IMG/VR virus record: IMGVR_UViG_3300021256_001754
Location: 64,001 to 128,000 of that record
From: a virus
Taxonomy: Duplodnaviria > Caudoviricetes
DNA: 64,000 bases
Direction: 5' to 3' (one strand)
Position 1 is the stretch's first letter; every line of letters begins with the position of its first letter. A program made the translations under genes and the position numbers. This document shows positions 21,705-31,320 of this stretch, piece after piece. The notes below the pieces were generated by a model. The model was not told the origin of the DNA, made no database searches, and saw nothing but the letters and a program-made list of their open reading frames with translations.

Positions 21705-22412
21705 ATGGCTGTAATTAGTAAGATATTTAAGCCCCGTAGAGGACTGGCAAGCACTATGCAAGGAAGTAAGGCTGGTACTGTACTGGCAGACGGTGAGATG
21801 TTCATAGAAGTACAGGGAACAACCGTAGGAAAGGCTAAATGTAAGATGAAAATGGGTGATGGAACCACTGCATACTCATCTCTTCCATATGCAATGGGTG
21901 ATACATCGTCTGATCCGATCACATTCACACCAAACTCTGCAACAACAGCAGAGACAGCACTTGCATCAGCAACATCCGGTGCTACACTTGCAACTATCGT
22001 TGCAGCAATGAAGAGAGCTATTTCTCTTAACGCTGAGTCAATCACTCAACTAAATGATGACCAAAAAGATTTATCAAATGTAATAGGTACAATGGTTATA
22101 CAACAATATTCTATAAATACTGTAAACTCAGCAGATTTTTTACTTTATAAAAATAACAAAATCGTGAATATCTTTAATGCTGGTTCAATACATTTTCTTA
22201 GTAATGTTGGTGCATATTCTACTGTTACCCTTTTCAATATTCCAGAAGCTTATAGACCGGTGGACGATGATATTTATATCCCTATAATTGGAGCAAACGG
22301 CAAAAGACACCTACTTACGATACACATAGACGGAATTGCGGCAATAGATTCTTGGGTGGACTCTATTGATGCAGGGACATATTTATCAGCTAATGGTGTT
22401 TACATACTCTAA
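21705..22412 (+). CDS. short tail fibre / receptor-binding protein; putative expression locus of the tip-cassette system
   Basis: GGAGGT RBS; residues 1-117 paralogous to N-termini of 18366 and 45089 fibres; junction CTAAA-TGATGAC-CAAAAA at 22055-22061 (LN-DD) followed by a tip domain (LFNIPEAYRP). Confidence 0.85.
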   Translation: MAVISKIFKPRRGLASTMQGSKAGTVLADGEMFIEVQGTTVGKAKCKMKMGDGTTAYSSLPYAMGDTSSDPITFTPNSATTAETALASATSGATLATIVAAMKRAISLNAESITQLNDDQKDLSNVIGTMVIQQYSINTVNSADFLLYKNNKIVNIFNAGSIHFLSNVGAYSTVTLFNIPEAYRPVDDDIYIPIIGANGKRHLLTIHIDGIAAIDSWVDSIDAGTYLSANGVYIL

Positions 22413-22435
22413 ACTATAAACGAATACACAACTGT

Positions 22436-22786
22436 GATGACGTAACTTCGCTAAATGACGCTATTACCCCTACAACACTATCTGGAGTTAATACACATGG
22501 TGCTAAATTTGATAATGGAATGCTATTTTTATGGGGTGAAACATCCCAACCCACAACAACTACAGGTGGGTATGTAAGTACTATAGATTTTCCGCATTCA
22601 TTTAAAGATCTTACTTATAGTGTAACTGCCACATTACAAGATGTAGGTCATGGATATTCAATAATTACAACAGCAGTTGCTGTTGGTATTAAATATACAA
22701 ATAAAATGACATTAAATGCAATTATTGAAAAAACGTATCCTGGTTATACATATATTTATTGGATAGCTATTGGTACTTGGAAATAA
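22436..22786 (+). other. silent fibre-tip cassette C2 (116 aa, gp53/H-lectin-like)
   Basis: starts at TGATGAC 22435; DDVTSLNDAI...KFDNGMLFLWG...YWIAIGTWK; in-frame TAA at 22391, no ATG before the site. Confidence 0.85.
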
Positions 22787-22790
22787 GTCT

Positions 22791-23156
22791 AATGACGCAA
22801 TAAATAAAAATTGGACTAAACTTGGAGATTATAATTTTCAAAATGGTACCAGAGTAGATATTTCTAATATTACTCTTGATGACAAAAATAAGAGATTTAG
22901 AAGGTATAGTATTAATCCTAATAGTTATATAGATATAAATCTTGAAGGTGGTTGGACTTATATTGTAAGCACATCTGGTAATGCATGGAGTGGTGTATAT
23001 ATTATCCAAATGAGAGAAACAGTTGGTTCTAATATGGAAATATATAATATTATAACTGCAGGTGGATGGTCTGTATCTTCTGTAAATAGTTTTACACTTC
23101 GTATTTCTAATACTGACCCAAATTATACTTGTTCGACATACCTTTCTCATATATAA
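22791..23156 (+). other. silent fibre-tip cassette C3 (121 aa, variant site TAATGAC)
   Basis: site 3 nt after C2 stop; NDAINKNWTKLG... echoes the LNDAI of C2. Confidence 0.7.
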
Positions 23157-23169
23157 ATATCAAAATATT

Positions 23170-23195
23170 CCCAGTAGGAGTTATATCCTACTGGG
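23170..23195. terminator. CCAGTAGG-family hairpin closing the expression-locus cassette array
   Basis: CCCAGTAGGA...TCCTACTGGG. Confidence 0.75.
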
Positions 23196-23203
23196 GTTAT
23201 TTA

Positions 23204-23617
23204 TTATTCTAATTTCTCTTTGATTGTATTCTCTACATCTTTGCTTATATTAAAATCCGGATTCTGCTGTCTTATAGTTAAAGATTCTTTTACAGCACCA
23301 TATATAGAACTTATTAGTGCTTCTGTGATAATCTTTGGTGCTAACTCTTTAACCAAAACATTGAGTCTGCCAGTTTTCAATAAGTTATAGACTTCATCTT
23401 TTACATACTCGTCTATATACTTCTCTGTAGATTTCTTAATCTGATTGTTTATAGCGAATCTCATAGCATTATCACCAGTCAATCCACTATCATTGATCTT
23501 TTCATTTACTCTAGATTTAATCTCGTCTTTTACAAGCTGTTCAAATTCATAGTCGTTGATATTATCAACAGCTTCCTTAACTGCTTCTTCTACAGCTACT
23601 TTATTTTCTTCATCCAT
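23204..23617 (-). CDS. hypothetical protein
   Basis: 137 aa, AGGAGGAG RBS. Confidence 0.7.
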   Translation of the reverse strand: MDEENKVAVEEAVKEAVDNINDYEFEQLVKDEIKSRVNEKINDSGLTGDNAMRFAINNQIKKSTEKYIDEYVKDEVYNLLKTGRLNVLVKELAPKIITEALISSIYGAVKESLTIRQQNPDFNISKDVENTIKEKLE

Positions 23618-23640
23618 AAGATATTCTCCTCCTAATAGAT

Positions 23641-23844
23641 TTATTTATTTTTATATTCCATTATTGTTGTATGGAAAGGTTCACTACACTGAGGACAATT
23701 TACAACTTTATATGTTTTATCTGTTTCTTTATCATAAACCTTTTCTGTATCCTCATTCTCATAAGTAAATACACAACCACAATTAGAACAAGTTGCTCTC
23801 TTTTTGGTACCAAATTTTATAATTGTTATCATAATAACCCCCAT
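23641..23844 (-). CDS. small zinc-ribbon protein
   Basis: CSNCGC...CPQC. Confidence 0.65.
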   Translation of the reverse strand: MGVIMITIIKFGTKKRATCSNCGCVFTYENEDTEKVYDKETDKTYKVVNCPQCSEPFHTTIMEYKNK

Positions 23845-23994
23845 CCCAATCTAATTTATTATAAATGTCGACTCTATAATATTTTTATATAATTGGAATC
23901 AATTTGATAATACCGATTTGATTATAAGTATTACCAATAAAATAATATTTGGATATATACTATAAAAATAGAATAATAAAGGAGGATAGTTTAT

Positions 23995-24609
23995 ATGGAA
24001 AACTATGTATTTGAAACTCAATTTGATACTTATGGTTATTTATCACATATAGAGTGTGACAACAAGATTGATATCTCTGATAAGAATGTCAAAATATTAC
24101 TTGACGTATTATCTAGATCTCTCGGTTCGATGATTAAGAGAAACTATAACATGCGTATACAGGTAAGAAATTATCAGGATTATCCAGATCATGATCTTTA
24201 TGTTCATGTAACGGTTGACAAGTTATGTAGAAAAGGTGTAGAGATAAAATTAATTCCACCAACTGATAAATGTACATATACCATGGTATGTACAAATCCT
24301 AAGATGATGTATCATTTTAACGACGAGGATGAAAACAAAGAAGAGTGTTTAGAGGACGATAATAACGACAACGCTAAACTTGATGCTAAATACGATGAGA
24401 TATTGTATGAGAAGTATGAGGCTAAAAAGAATATTAAAAATATAGCTGTTATCCTCCTTACAGACATATCATTATCAATACTGAAGCTTGGAATAATGTA
24501 TACAAAATTTGTCGGTTACGATGATACGATGTATGAAAAGGTTATAGGTGAATCTAGATATAATTTTAGTACAAATGAGTTTGTTATTGAAATCAAAAAG
24601 GAGATTTGA
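23995..24609 (+). CDS. hypothetical protein
   Basis: 204 aa, AAGGAGG RBS, TATATACTATA upstream. Confidence 0.7.
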   Translation: MENYVFETQFDTYGYLSHIECDNKIDISDKNVKILLDVLSRSLGSMIKRNYNMRIQVRNYQDYPDHDLYVHVTVDKLCRKGVEIKLIPPTDKCTYTMVCTNPKMMYHFNDEDENKEECLEDDNNDNAKLDAKYDEILYEKYEAKKNIKNIAVILLTDISLSILKLGIMYTKFVGYDDTMYEKVIGESRYNFSTNEFVIEIKKEI

Positions 24610-24692
24610 TAAAACAGTTAAATCACAATAAAAAGAAAAGTACCAATTAAGGTACTTTTCTTTTTTTTTTTTTATTTTATAATTCTGGATAT

Positions 24693-24974
24693 GATGACTT
24701 AATCAAAAGACAGACAGTAAAAACGGGTGTAACCGGAACAATAATACCTGCTAATGGGGCACAATTATATCACTTACCACCGACAATACCGAGTGGATAT
24801 ATCTATCTTTGCGTTAATATCCGACAAGTTGGAACCGCAAATGGCTGGTTGTATCACGAGTTTTGCCAAGATGAAAATTACTCTTTGGTAATATTTAATC
24901 GTTATTCGAGTGATATAAATCAACCGTATGCAATTGATTATTTCTTTATAAAGGCAAATGTATTGCCGTATTAA
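24693..24974 (+). other. silent fibre-tip cassette C4 (93 aa; absent from ORF track)
   Basis: TGATGAC at 24692; hand translation DDLIKRQTVKTGVTGTIIPANGAQLYHLPPTIPSGYIYL...IDYFFIKANVLPY*; in-frame TAA at 24648. Confidence 0.8.
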
Positions 24975-25015
24975 ATTAGAATAAACTAAAATTAAAGCTA
25001 CCACAACATTTTATT

Positions 25016-25144
25016 ATATGGTGGAGGAAAAGTGTAGACTCTAGTTTATATACTTTAACTTTCGAGTATACGAAGTACAAGGTTGTTTAAACGAGGTAGA
25101 AGCCGACCATGCAAGGTGACAGAAATTCAAATCCTTGCCCATAT
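25016..25144 (+). ncRNA. tRNA-like structured RNA, copy 1
   Basis: ATATGG/CCATAT closing stem, D-arm-like GAG-GAAAAGTGTAGA-CTC, T-arm-like GCAAGG...TTCAAAT-CCTTGC. Confidence 0.7.
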
Positions 25145-25170
25145 TAAATTTTTGAGGAGAGCATCAAGAA

Positions 25171-25272
25171 ATGAATAAATATCATTATGTAATTATTGCT
25201 TTGATATTTTTATTCGGTGTCGAAATCGGTTTTGCAATAGGTGCGTATGTTGCACAAAACTTTTTAAAATGA
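25171..25272 (+). CDS. 33-aa single-TM peptide
   Basis: MNKYHYVIIALIFLFGVEIGFAIGAYVAQNFLK after GAGGAGAGCATCAAGAA. Confidence 0.5.
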   Translation: MNKYHYVIIALIFLFGVEIGFAIGAYVAQNFLK

Positions 25273-25470
25273 AATATTAAAATCTTTGCAAGGAGATTAT
25301 CGAGAATGAAATATTTTAAATTACACCGATTCTTACATCCTTTAAGGTGGCAGGAAATGCAATTCTTTTTTGATTTTCCATATCATGATTTTGATTTCGG
25401 AAAATTTAGAAGATAACTATTTTAAAACGAAATATTAAAATCTTTATATAGAGCATCAAGAAATAAATGA

Positions 25471-25594
25471 ATGTGGTGGTGGAATAGAGTAGACACAAAT
25501 ATTAAATTGTATGGTTGAGTCTGTTGACCCCAGACAGTTATATTGGTACAAATTGACCGTGTAAGGTGACAGAGATTCAAATCCTTACCCACAT
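25471..25594 (+). ncRNA. tRNA-like structured RNA, copy 2
   Basis: ATGTGG/CCACAT, GTG/CAC D-stem, GTAAGG/CCTTAC T-stem; near-identical to copy 5. Confidence 0.7.
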
Positions 25595-25616
25595 TAATTT
25601 TTAGAAAGAGGTTGCT

Positions 25617-25793
25617 ATGTGGATATGTAAAATAGAACCTAATGTAGCTTTATTAAAGTTAGGTGTTTATGAATGTTCTAATTGTCATAAAACCTTGATT
25701 GCATTATCGGAAGACGAAGCAAATACAAAACAACCTAGTATTAGCAATTATATTTTTTGTCCATATTGTGGTAAAGAGCATAATAAGAAATAA
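25617..25793 (+). CDS. 58-aa zinc-ribbon protein
   Basis: YECSNCHK...FCPYCGK; GAAAGAGG RBS. Confidence 0.65.
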   Translation: MWICKIEPNVALLKLGVYECSNCHKTLIALSEDEANTKQPSISNYIFCPYCGKEHNKK

Positions 25794-25797
25794 ATGG

Positions 25798-25958
25798 ATG
25801 TGGTGGAGGAAAAGAGTAGACTCTATAAAGGTAGATGTTAGTGTGACGCTTGTTGGGAATGTAAGCCGAGATAAATCTAAGCTATGAGGAAACCCTAGGC
25901 TATGTACGACCTATATAACATCATGCAAGGTGACAGAAATTCAAATCCTTGCCCACAT
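25798..25958 (+). ncRNA. tRNA-like structured RNA, copy 3
   Basis: ATGTGG/CCACAT, GAG/CTC, GCAAGG/CCTTGC with longer central region. Confidence 0.7.
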
Positions 25959-25984
25959 TAACTAGACTTTTGAAATGATCCTTA

Positions 25985-26013
25985 ATACCAGTAGGATATT
26001 ATTCCTACTGGTA
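25985..26013. terminator. CCAGTAGG-family hairpin
   Basis: ATACCAGTAGGA...TCCTACTGGTAT. Confidence 0.75.
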
Positions 26014-26078
26014 TATTTATAGCCAAAACATTATTATAAATAAGGCCTATTTAATTTTAAAGATAAGGAGAAAATGCC

Positions 26079-27254
26079 ATGGATACTCCATTATTTGTTA
26101 TCAAAAATATTTTTGAACATGAACTTGTTCCTGCTTTTAGAGTTATGTCTGCTAGATATAATGAAAGCAATAACAATAGTATGCTGGATATTACTGATAA
26201 TTTATGTGATATCACAAATAAGATTGTTACCGATTGTGAGTGTAGTGCTGTAATAGCAACGTTTAACCCAGATAAACCAAAATTCGGTGTTTATGTAAGC
26301 CCTACAATAATCGATTCAGATCTTACAAAATTTATCTTTGATAAAGAGGATATGAAATTAACACGATATTCTGCAGAGATAGATTTAGGAATGTTTGATC
26401 TTCTTACTCCTGAAGAAGTAGCAGCTGTATATATTGAGGAAATAACTACAGTAATGAGTAAGGTTACTATCGATAAGGTAAGAGGTATATTTGAAACTAT
26501 TATGACTGATAGAGATCTTACGATTAATTTTAGAGAATCAGTAAATTTCTCTCAGCTATTAATATTTGGTATAAAGGATACAATTCGTAAAGTTGCATCT
26601 TGCATATACAAACCAGAAGATGAACTTGGTACAAATGAATATGCTATAGAGTTTGGTTATAACGAGGCTTTGAAAACTATTATAGCAAAACTACATACAT
26701 TTATTTGCGATGGTATGGCTGTGGAAGTTAATCCTAAACTTAGTGTATTAAGCTGGGTTCTTTCTGTATATAACGAGCCAAGTATCAATTACAGACTTAT
26801 GCTTGAAGATCTTAATGCTGCTTTAGCATTAACAGGTTCTAAACTTGAACAGGATGAAGTATCTAAAACTATAACAAGTCTTAGAAGAGCAACAAATGAA
26901 ACTCTTGTAGAGACGGTTATTAAAGAAGATAGTTTATTTAAGAATCTTAAGCAGAATGGTTTACGTTCTATAGAAGACGATCTTTATGAATATAAGATAA
27001 GGGTTAAGACTTGCGAAACAGAAGACGATGCAATGTATATTCTACATCAGGTATCTACAAGAATAAATATTCTTGAAGATTACTTATATAATACACCAAA
27101 TTTATCTGAATATGAAATTCAGAGATGGACAAATGTAATTAATGCCTATAAACAGTTAAGACTCGAAATCAGCAAGAAACCTATAGTTGATAAGAAACGT
27201 TATGGTATATTTGTTGATTATGATTATCTTGATAGGCTTGATAATAAAGACTGA
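26079..27254 (+). CDS. probable virion structural protein
   Basis: 391 aa, AAGGAG RBS, AACA-N6-TA at 26027. Confidence 0.55.
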   Translation: MDTPLFVIKNIFEHELVPAFRVMSARYNESNNNSMLDITDNLCDITNKIVTDCECSAVIATFNPDKPKFGVYVSPTIIDSDLTKFIFDKEDMKLTRYSAEIDLGMFDLLTPEEVAAVYIEEITTVMSKVTIDKVRGIFETIMTDRDLTINFRESVNFSQLLIFGIKDTIRKVASCIYKPEDELGTNEYAIEFGYNEALKTIIAKLHTFICDGMAVEVNPKLSVLSWVLSVYNEPSINYRLMLEDLNAALALTGSKLEQDEVSKTITSLRRATNETLVETVIKEDSLFKNLKQNGLRSIEDDLYEYKIRVKTCETEDDAMYILHQVSTRINILEDYLYNTPNLSEYEIQRWTNVINAYKQLRLEISKKPIVDKKRYGIFVDYDYLDRLDNKD

Positions 27255-27269
27255 TAAGGTGGTATAGAA

Positions 27270-28163
27270 ATGGTTAACAAATTTGACCTAGTCGATTTAG
27301 ACGAAGAATATTGTGAACTTGTCGGGCTAAACAACGGAATTCCTGAGTGGTGTTTGGAAGCCGCTAGAATGAATTTTAATGATTATTCTGTAGATCGTAT
27401 CAATAGTCTATTTAGATCAATAAATAGTATTTCTGGATTAACAGAGGATGCCATTGCGGGAGCTGCTAAAATAGATACTATGAAAGATCTACGTGATATT
27501 GCTTCTAAACTGCATGTATCTATAGATCCTCAAGCAGGAAAACGTATTAATCGTGCTGCTACAGAAATAGCAATCACTATAAAGAAATACGGTTTATCTG
27601 ATACTTCCAAGAATTCTATTGCTCATATATACAATAAGAATCTAAATGATATTGTTAAATTCTCAAATGATTATTTTCATTTTAGTGAATTAGAGTTTGA
27701 GGGATATGATGCAAATAAGATTTCAAAATCAGTAATGCTGGTTATTGCGGTTATTTATTGTAATACACTATTTCATATTGTTGCAAATATGTTATTTGGC
27801 CCAATTATGGGATACATATTAACAGCTGTTATTGCTGCACCATTTTTTGAAGAGGGAGCTAAAGCCATTGCAACTCGCGATGAATATCCATTAGAGTTTG
27901 GTGTTGTATTCAATGTATGTGAAGCATCAATGTATATACGCAGATATGCTCCGCTTGTTGGATTGAAAAGGATCGTCGGTGCAAGATTATTCTGTGCTGG
28001 ATTCCATTTTATTACTATAGCTATTCATGTGCTTGGAGATATGCCTGAGGTTCGTAAGTTGCTTAATCTTGATACAGAAGAGGGACAAGAGAAACTTGCG
28101 TTTATAGCACATGTAGTTTCGATGCTTGTTCATGGATTATGGAATGCTAATGCTATCTTTTAA
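27270..28163 (+). CDS. PrsW/CPBP-like glutamic intramembrane protease domain protein
   Basis: APFFEEGAK, F...E, H and HGLWN motifs in hydrophobic helices. Confidence 0.6.
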   Translation: MVNKFDLVDLDEEYCELVGLNNGIPEWCLEAARMNFNDYSVDRINSLFRSINSISGLTEDAIAGAAKIDTMKDLRDIASKLHVSIDPQAGKRINRAATEIAITIKKYGLSDTSKNSIAHIYNKNLNDIVKFSNDYFHFSELEFEGYDANKISKSVMLVIAVIYCNTLFHIVANMLFGPIMGYILTAVIAAPFFEEGAKAIATRDEYPLEFGVVFNVCEASMYIRRYAPLVGLKRIVGARLFCAGFHFITIAIHVLGDMPEVRKLLNLDTEEGQEKLAFIAHVVSMLVHGLWNANAIF

Positions 28164-28257
28164 ATAACACGATAAGTTGCTGTAGGATATCTATTATCTA
28201 TAATAAAAATATCCAGTAGGTTATTAAACCTACTGGATTTCTTAAAAGGAGGTATAT

Positions 28258-28728
28258 ATGAATCTTGTTTATATAAAAGCAAAAGTAATAAATGGTACTG
28301 TTGCATATCCATCTAGAGTAATTCAGTTTAATAATATTATACCTATAAAAGCAGAATTAGATTCTACAAATCATACTATTATTACATTGAATTATGAATG
28401 TAAGTGTCTATATACAAAACCTAAATGTATAGATATATACATGAATAAGAATCCATATGTAATGGATTATTTCTATAAAGCATTACATGGAGAAAGACAT
28501 ATAAAGACAGATTATATAGAACACATATACATTACAAACGTTGATTCAGCAGATGCTATATTAACCAACAGATATAGGCTTTTTAACGCAATTACACAAA
28601 GTTTCTCACCAGATGGTAAAGAATTCGATATAAATCCATTACAGCTTCGTATAGCTCCATATAAGTACCATAATAGGAACATCTACGAAGAGGTTATTGA
28701 ATGGATTGCATCTATAAACAGAAAATAA
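28258..28728 (+). CDS. hypothetical protein
   Basis: 156 aa, AGGAGGT RBS. Confidence 0.7.
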   Translation: MNLVYIKAKVINGTVAYPSRVIQFNNIIPIKAELDSTNHTIITLNYECKCLYTKPKCIDIYMNKNPYVMDYFYKALHGERHIKTDYIEHIYITNVDSADAILTNRYRLFNAITQSFSPDGKEFDINPLQLRIAPYKYHNRNIYEEVIEWIASINRK

Positions 28729-28763
28729 ATTATTCCAGTACTCTTATAGAGTACTGGATATTT

Positions 28764-29060
28764 TTATAATGTATTTATTGTACTATCTGCTTTATTTCTA
28801 AGATCGATAAGCTTATCTGTTTCATGATACATACCATTATTTTTAAGAATAGATTCTATATTCTTAGCATGCCCATATTCATCTTTAGCCATACCAACAA
28901 GTATATCTTTTTCATTTTGATTGGTTGTTACAAATGATAAACGAGCATAATCTAAAGCACCTTTATACTCGTCATATAATTCTTCGTCTAATTCTTTAAA
29001 ATATACTCCGGTAGGAGTTTCATTGAAAGCTTCGTTTAGAAATTTTATACCATAACCCAT
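28764..29060 (-). CDS. ferritin-like four-helix protein
   Basis: EELYDEYKGALDY...DEYGHA; start set at MGYGIK after AGGAGG. Confidence 0.6.
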   Translation of the reverse strand: MGYGIKFLNEAFNETPTGVYFKELDEELYDEYKGALDYARLSFVTTNQNEKDILVGMAKDEYGHAKNIESILKNNGMYHETDKLIDLRNKADSTINTL

Positions 29061-29114
29061 AATATAATACCTCCTGTATAAATTATATAAATGTCTATAT
29101 AAAATTATACTACT

Positions 29115-29480
29115 GATGATTTTACTCTTTTGTGGACAAATCCTAATATAATTGCAGAATTTGCTGCACAAAAACTTTCAATTAATTTATCGAATTATAA
29201 AGGTGTTTTTATTGATTTTTTAGAGTATATTGGTGAATCTGTTCGTCAGAATATTGTAAATATTATTGCAATGGTGGGCACACCATATAATTATATTATA
29301 TTTGCTCCATTTTTTCAAAAAATGGACGAATCTGAAACTCCTTTAACACAAAATATGTCAGGTAGAGAATTTAAAATTTTAGATAACACAGGAATTACTT
29401 TTTATAACACTTATACTATAAAAGGTATAAATAATAAATTATGTATACCTTATAGAATTTATGGTATTAAACATAATTAA
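29115..29480 (+). other. silent fibre-tip cassette C5 (121 aa)
   Basis: TGATGAT at 29114; DDFTLLWTNPN...FAAQKLSINLSNY...IPYRIYGIK typical Firmicutes-phage tip; in-frame TAA at 29100. Confidence 0.85.
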
Positions 29481-29552
29481 TCAAAATAATATTTCTTGTA
29501 CTGATCTTTGATTATTCTATATAAAAGTTTATTATATCTTCTAGAGATATCT

Positions 29553-29954
29553 CTAGAAGATATATTTTGGGTTTATACTTCTAATTTTATCATAAACAGC
29601 TTTCGTTATTGGTATTTGATCATAATCTTCTACACTCCAAATTTTTTCTAATATATCTTCTCCTACTCTATATAAAGTACAAAGACTTCCATCCATACCA
29701 GTAACTTTTTCCGGAATATTTTCTATATTATCAATAATCTCTTTATCTATAGTAACCAAATTATCAGGTACATAATCAATTTTTAACGATCTTTTTGCAA
29801 TTATATTTTTATTATTGATTATTTCTTTTGGTAAATAATTTCTTCTACAAGCACCTTTAATAAAATTTATAATACCATTTTCAGTAATTAAAAATGCATG
29901 ATCTGTAATACCCCATCCAGATTCTCCGATATAAACAAGATATTTATAATTCAT
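29553..29954 (-). CDS. hypothetical protein
   Basis: 133 aa, AAGGAGG RBS. Confidence 0.65.
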   Translation of the reverse strand: MNYKYLVYIGESGWGITDHAFLITENGIINFIKGACRRNYLPKEIINNKNIIAKRSLKIDYVPDNLVTIDKEIIDNIENIPEKVTGMDGSLCTLYRVGEDILEKIWSVEDYDQIPITKAVYDKIRSINPKYIF

Positions 29955-30014
29955 ATTAAACCTCCTTTTAATTATAAAAAAGTTTTATAACTATTAATCG
30001 TTTATTATACTGCT

Positions 30015-30353
30015 GATGACGTAACTTCGCTAAATGACACTAAACTAAATAATACTGCTTATGTTATATCAGAGCATTTTGTTGCTAATACAATATCAAT
30101 ACAATATACTATGCCTTCACAACCAACATGTGGATTATTAATAATATCTGCATTTTATGATGGACAAGATCAATATGGATCAATTTGTATATCAGTCCCA
30201 TATAATGGAGGAGCTATTTCATGCATATCACCTGGTATTGAATCATATAGTCCTATAATAACTTATATTGATATTATTAATAACCAGGTTAATATATCTC
30301 TTGAACATCAGCAGTCTTGGGGAGGCTCGACAAAACTTATATACATTAAATAA
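30015..30353 (+). other. silent fibre-tip cassette C6 (112 aa)
   Basis: TGATGACGTAACTTCGCTAAATGAC identical to start of C2; in-frame TAA at 29988. Confidence 0.85.
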
Positions 30354-30360
30354 TATAAAT

Positions 30361-30678
30361 GATGATTGCGTTGAGCTTGCATCGTATTCTAATACCACTC
30401 GAACAACCATTAATTTAGCTGATAATATTACTAATTATAAATTTTTAATGTTGAATTTATATACAGGTGGACAGCTCAATACTACAGTAATAACAACTGT
30501 ACAGGATTTTATAAATAATTCTGGAGTTTTAAGACCAATTGTGGTTAATTTAGCCGCAGGAGCTTATCGATATTGGCAAACTATTGCTATTTACAATACA
30601 AATACATCAATTTTAGGAGAATGTGTGACAGATTTTCCTTCAAATGTACCATCAGCAAAACTTTTTGGAATTAAATAA
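30361..30678 (+). other. silent fibre-tip cassette C7 (105 aa)
   Basis: TGATGAT at 30360, 6 nt after C6 stop; TINLADNITNYKFL...KLFGIK tip pattern. Confidence 0.85.
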
Positions 30679-30705
30679 CTTTGGAGAGTATTAAAAACAA
30701 AATTA

Positions 30706-30883
30706 ATGTGGTGGCGGAATAGACATCAAGGAAGATGGTAAAAATTGTGTGCTGTGATTACAACAGAGTCAATTAATAGTAGACGCTTTATCGAAAATGT
30801 ATACCTACGGCAAAATGGAACATTGTTAGAAAGACAAGTAGTCCGTTAAACTTGTCATGTAAGGTGCAAATCCTTACACACAT
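30706..30883 (+). ncRNA. tRNA-like structured RNA, copy 4
   Basis: TTAATGTG/CACATTAA, GCGGAATAG...GTAGACGC with insertion, 7-nt T-loop GTAAGG-TGCAAAT-CCTTAC. Confidence 0.65.
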
Positions 30884-30895
30884 TAAATTTGGAGT

Positions 30896-31019
30896 ATGTG
30901 GTGGCGGAAAAGTGTAGACGCAAATATTAAATTGTATGGTTGAGCCAGTTGACCCCAAACAGTTATATTGGTACAAGTTGACCATGTAAGGTGACAGAAA
31001 TTCAAATCCTTACCCACAT
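30896..31019 (+). ncRNA. tRNA-like structured RNA, copy 5
   Basis: GCG/CGC D-stem, GTAAGG/CCTTAC; near-duplicate of copy 2. Confidence 0.7.
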
Positions 31020-31153
31020 TAATTTCGTGAAAACCTCGTGATTTTGGAGAACATAATGAGTACATGGTTAGAATGTTTATTCGGAATATGGCTTGTATTG
31101 AATATCTTTAAAACCATTAAAGACCTTGCATCATAATTGGAGAGCATCAAGAA

Positions 31154-31303
31154 ATGACCGTTAAAGAATTAATTGAACTACTCAAAAAGCAAAATCAAGA
31201 TGCCGTTGTTTACCATGATTATGACGGTGAATTGGCTTTGATAGTTACCGACGTCTCAGCAAATGCAGTAGGGAGTCAAGAGGAAACGGTTTTGCTGTCT
31301 TAA
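31154..31303 (+). CDS. 49-aa phage protein (MTVKELIELLKK...)
   Basis: hand-translated; preceded by GGAGAGCATCAAGAA. Confidence 0.6.
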   Translation: MTVKELIELLKKQNQDAVVYHDYDGELALIVTDVSANAVGSQEETVLLS

Positions 31304-31320
31304 TTAAGGAGCATCAAGAA

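Noticed and set aside
22055-22061. TGATGA as a box C / K-turn RNA motif
   Set aside because: No consistently paired box D (CTGA) stem was seen; strict reading-frame conservation is better explained by protein fusion.
21705-23156. Diversity-generating retroelement
   Set aside because: No reverse transcriptase and no TR/VR pair differing at adenines; the cassettes are different domains rather than variants of one.
25016-31019. Calling the five structured repeats bona fide tRNAs or a CRISPR array
   Set aside because: No 7-nt anticodon loop or CCA end; repeats are not regularly spaced and no cas genes are present.
25699-31065. ORFs 25699..25887, 30788..30985 and 30883..31065
   Set aside because: They overlap the structured RNAs or the zinc-ribbon gene, lack an RBS and show no protein-like pattern.
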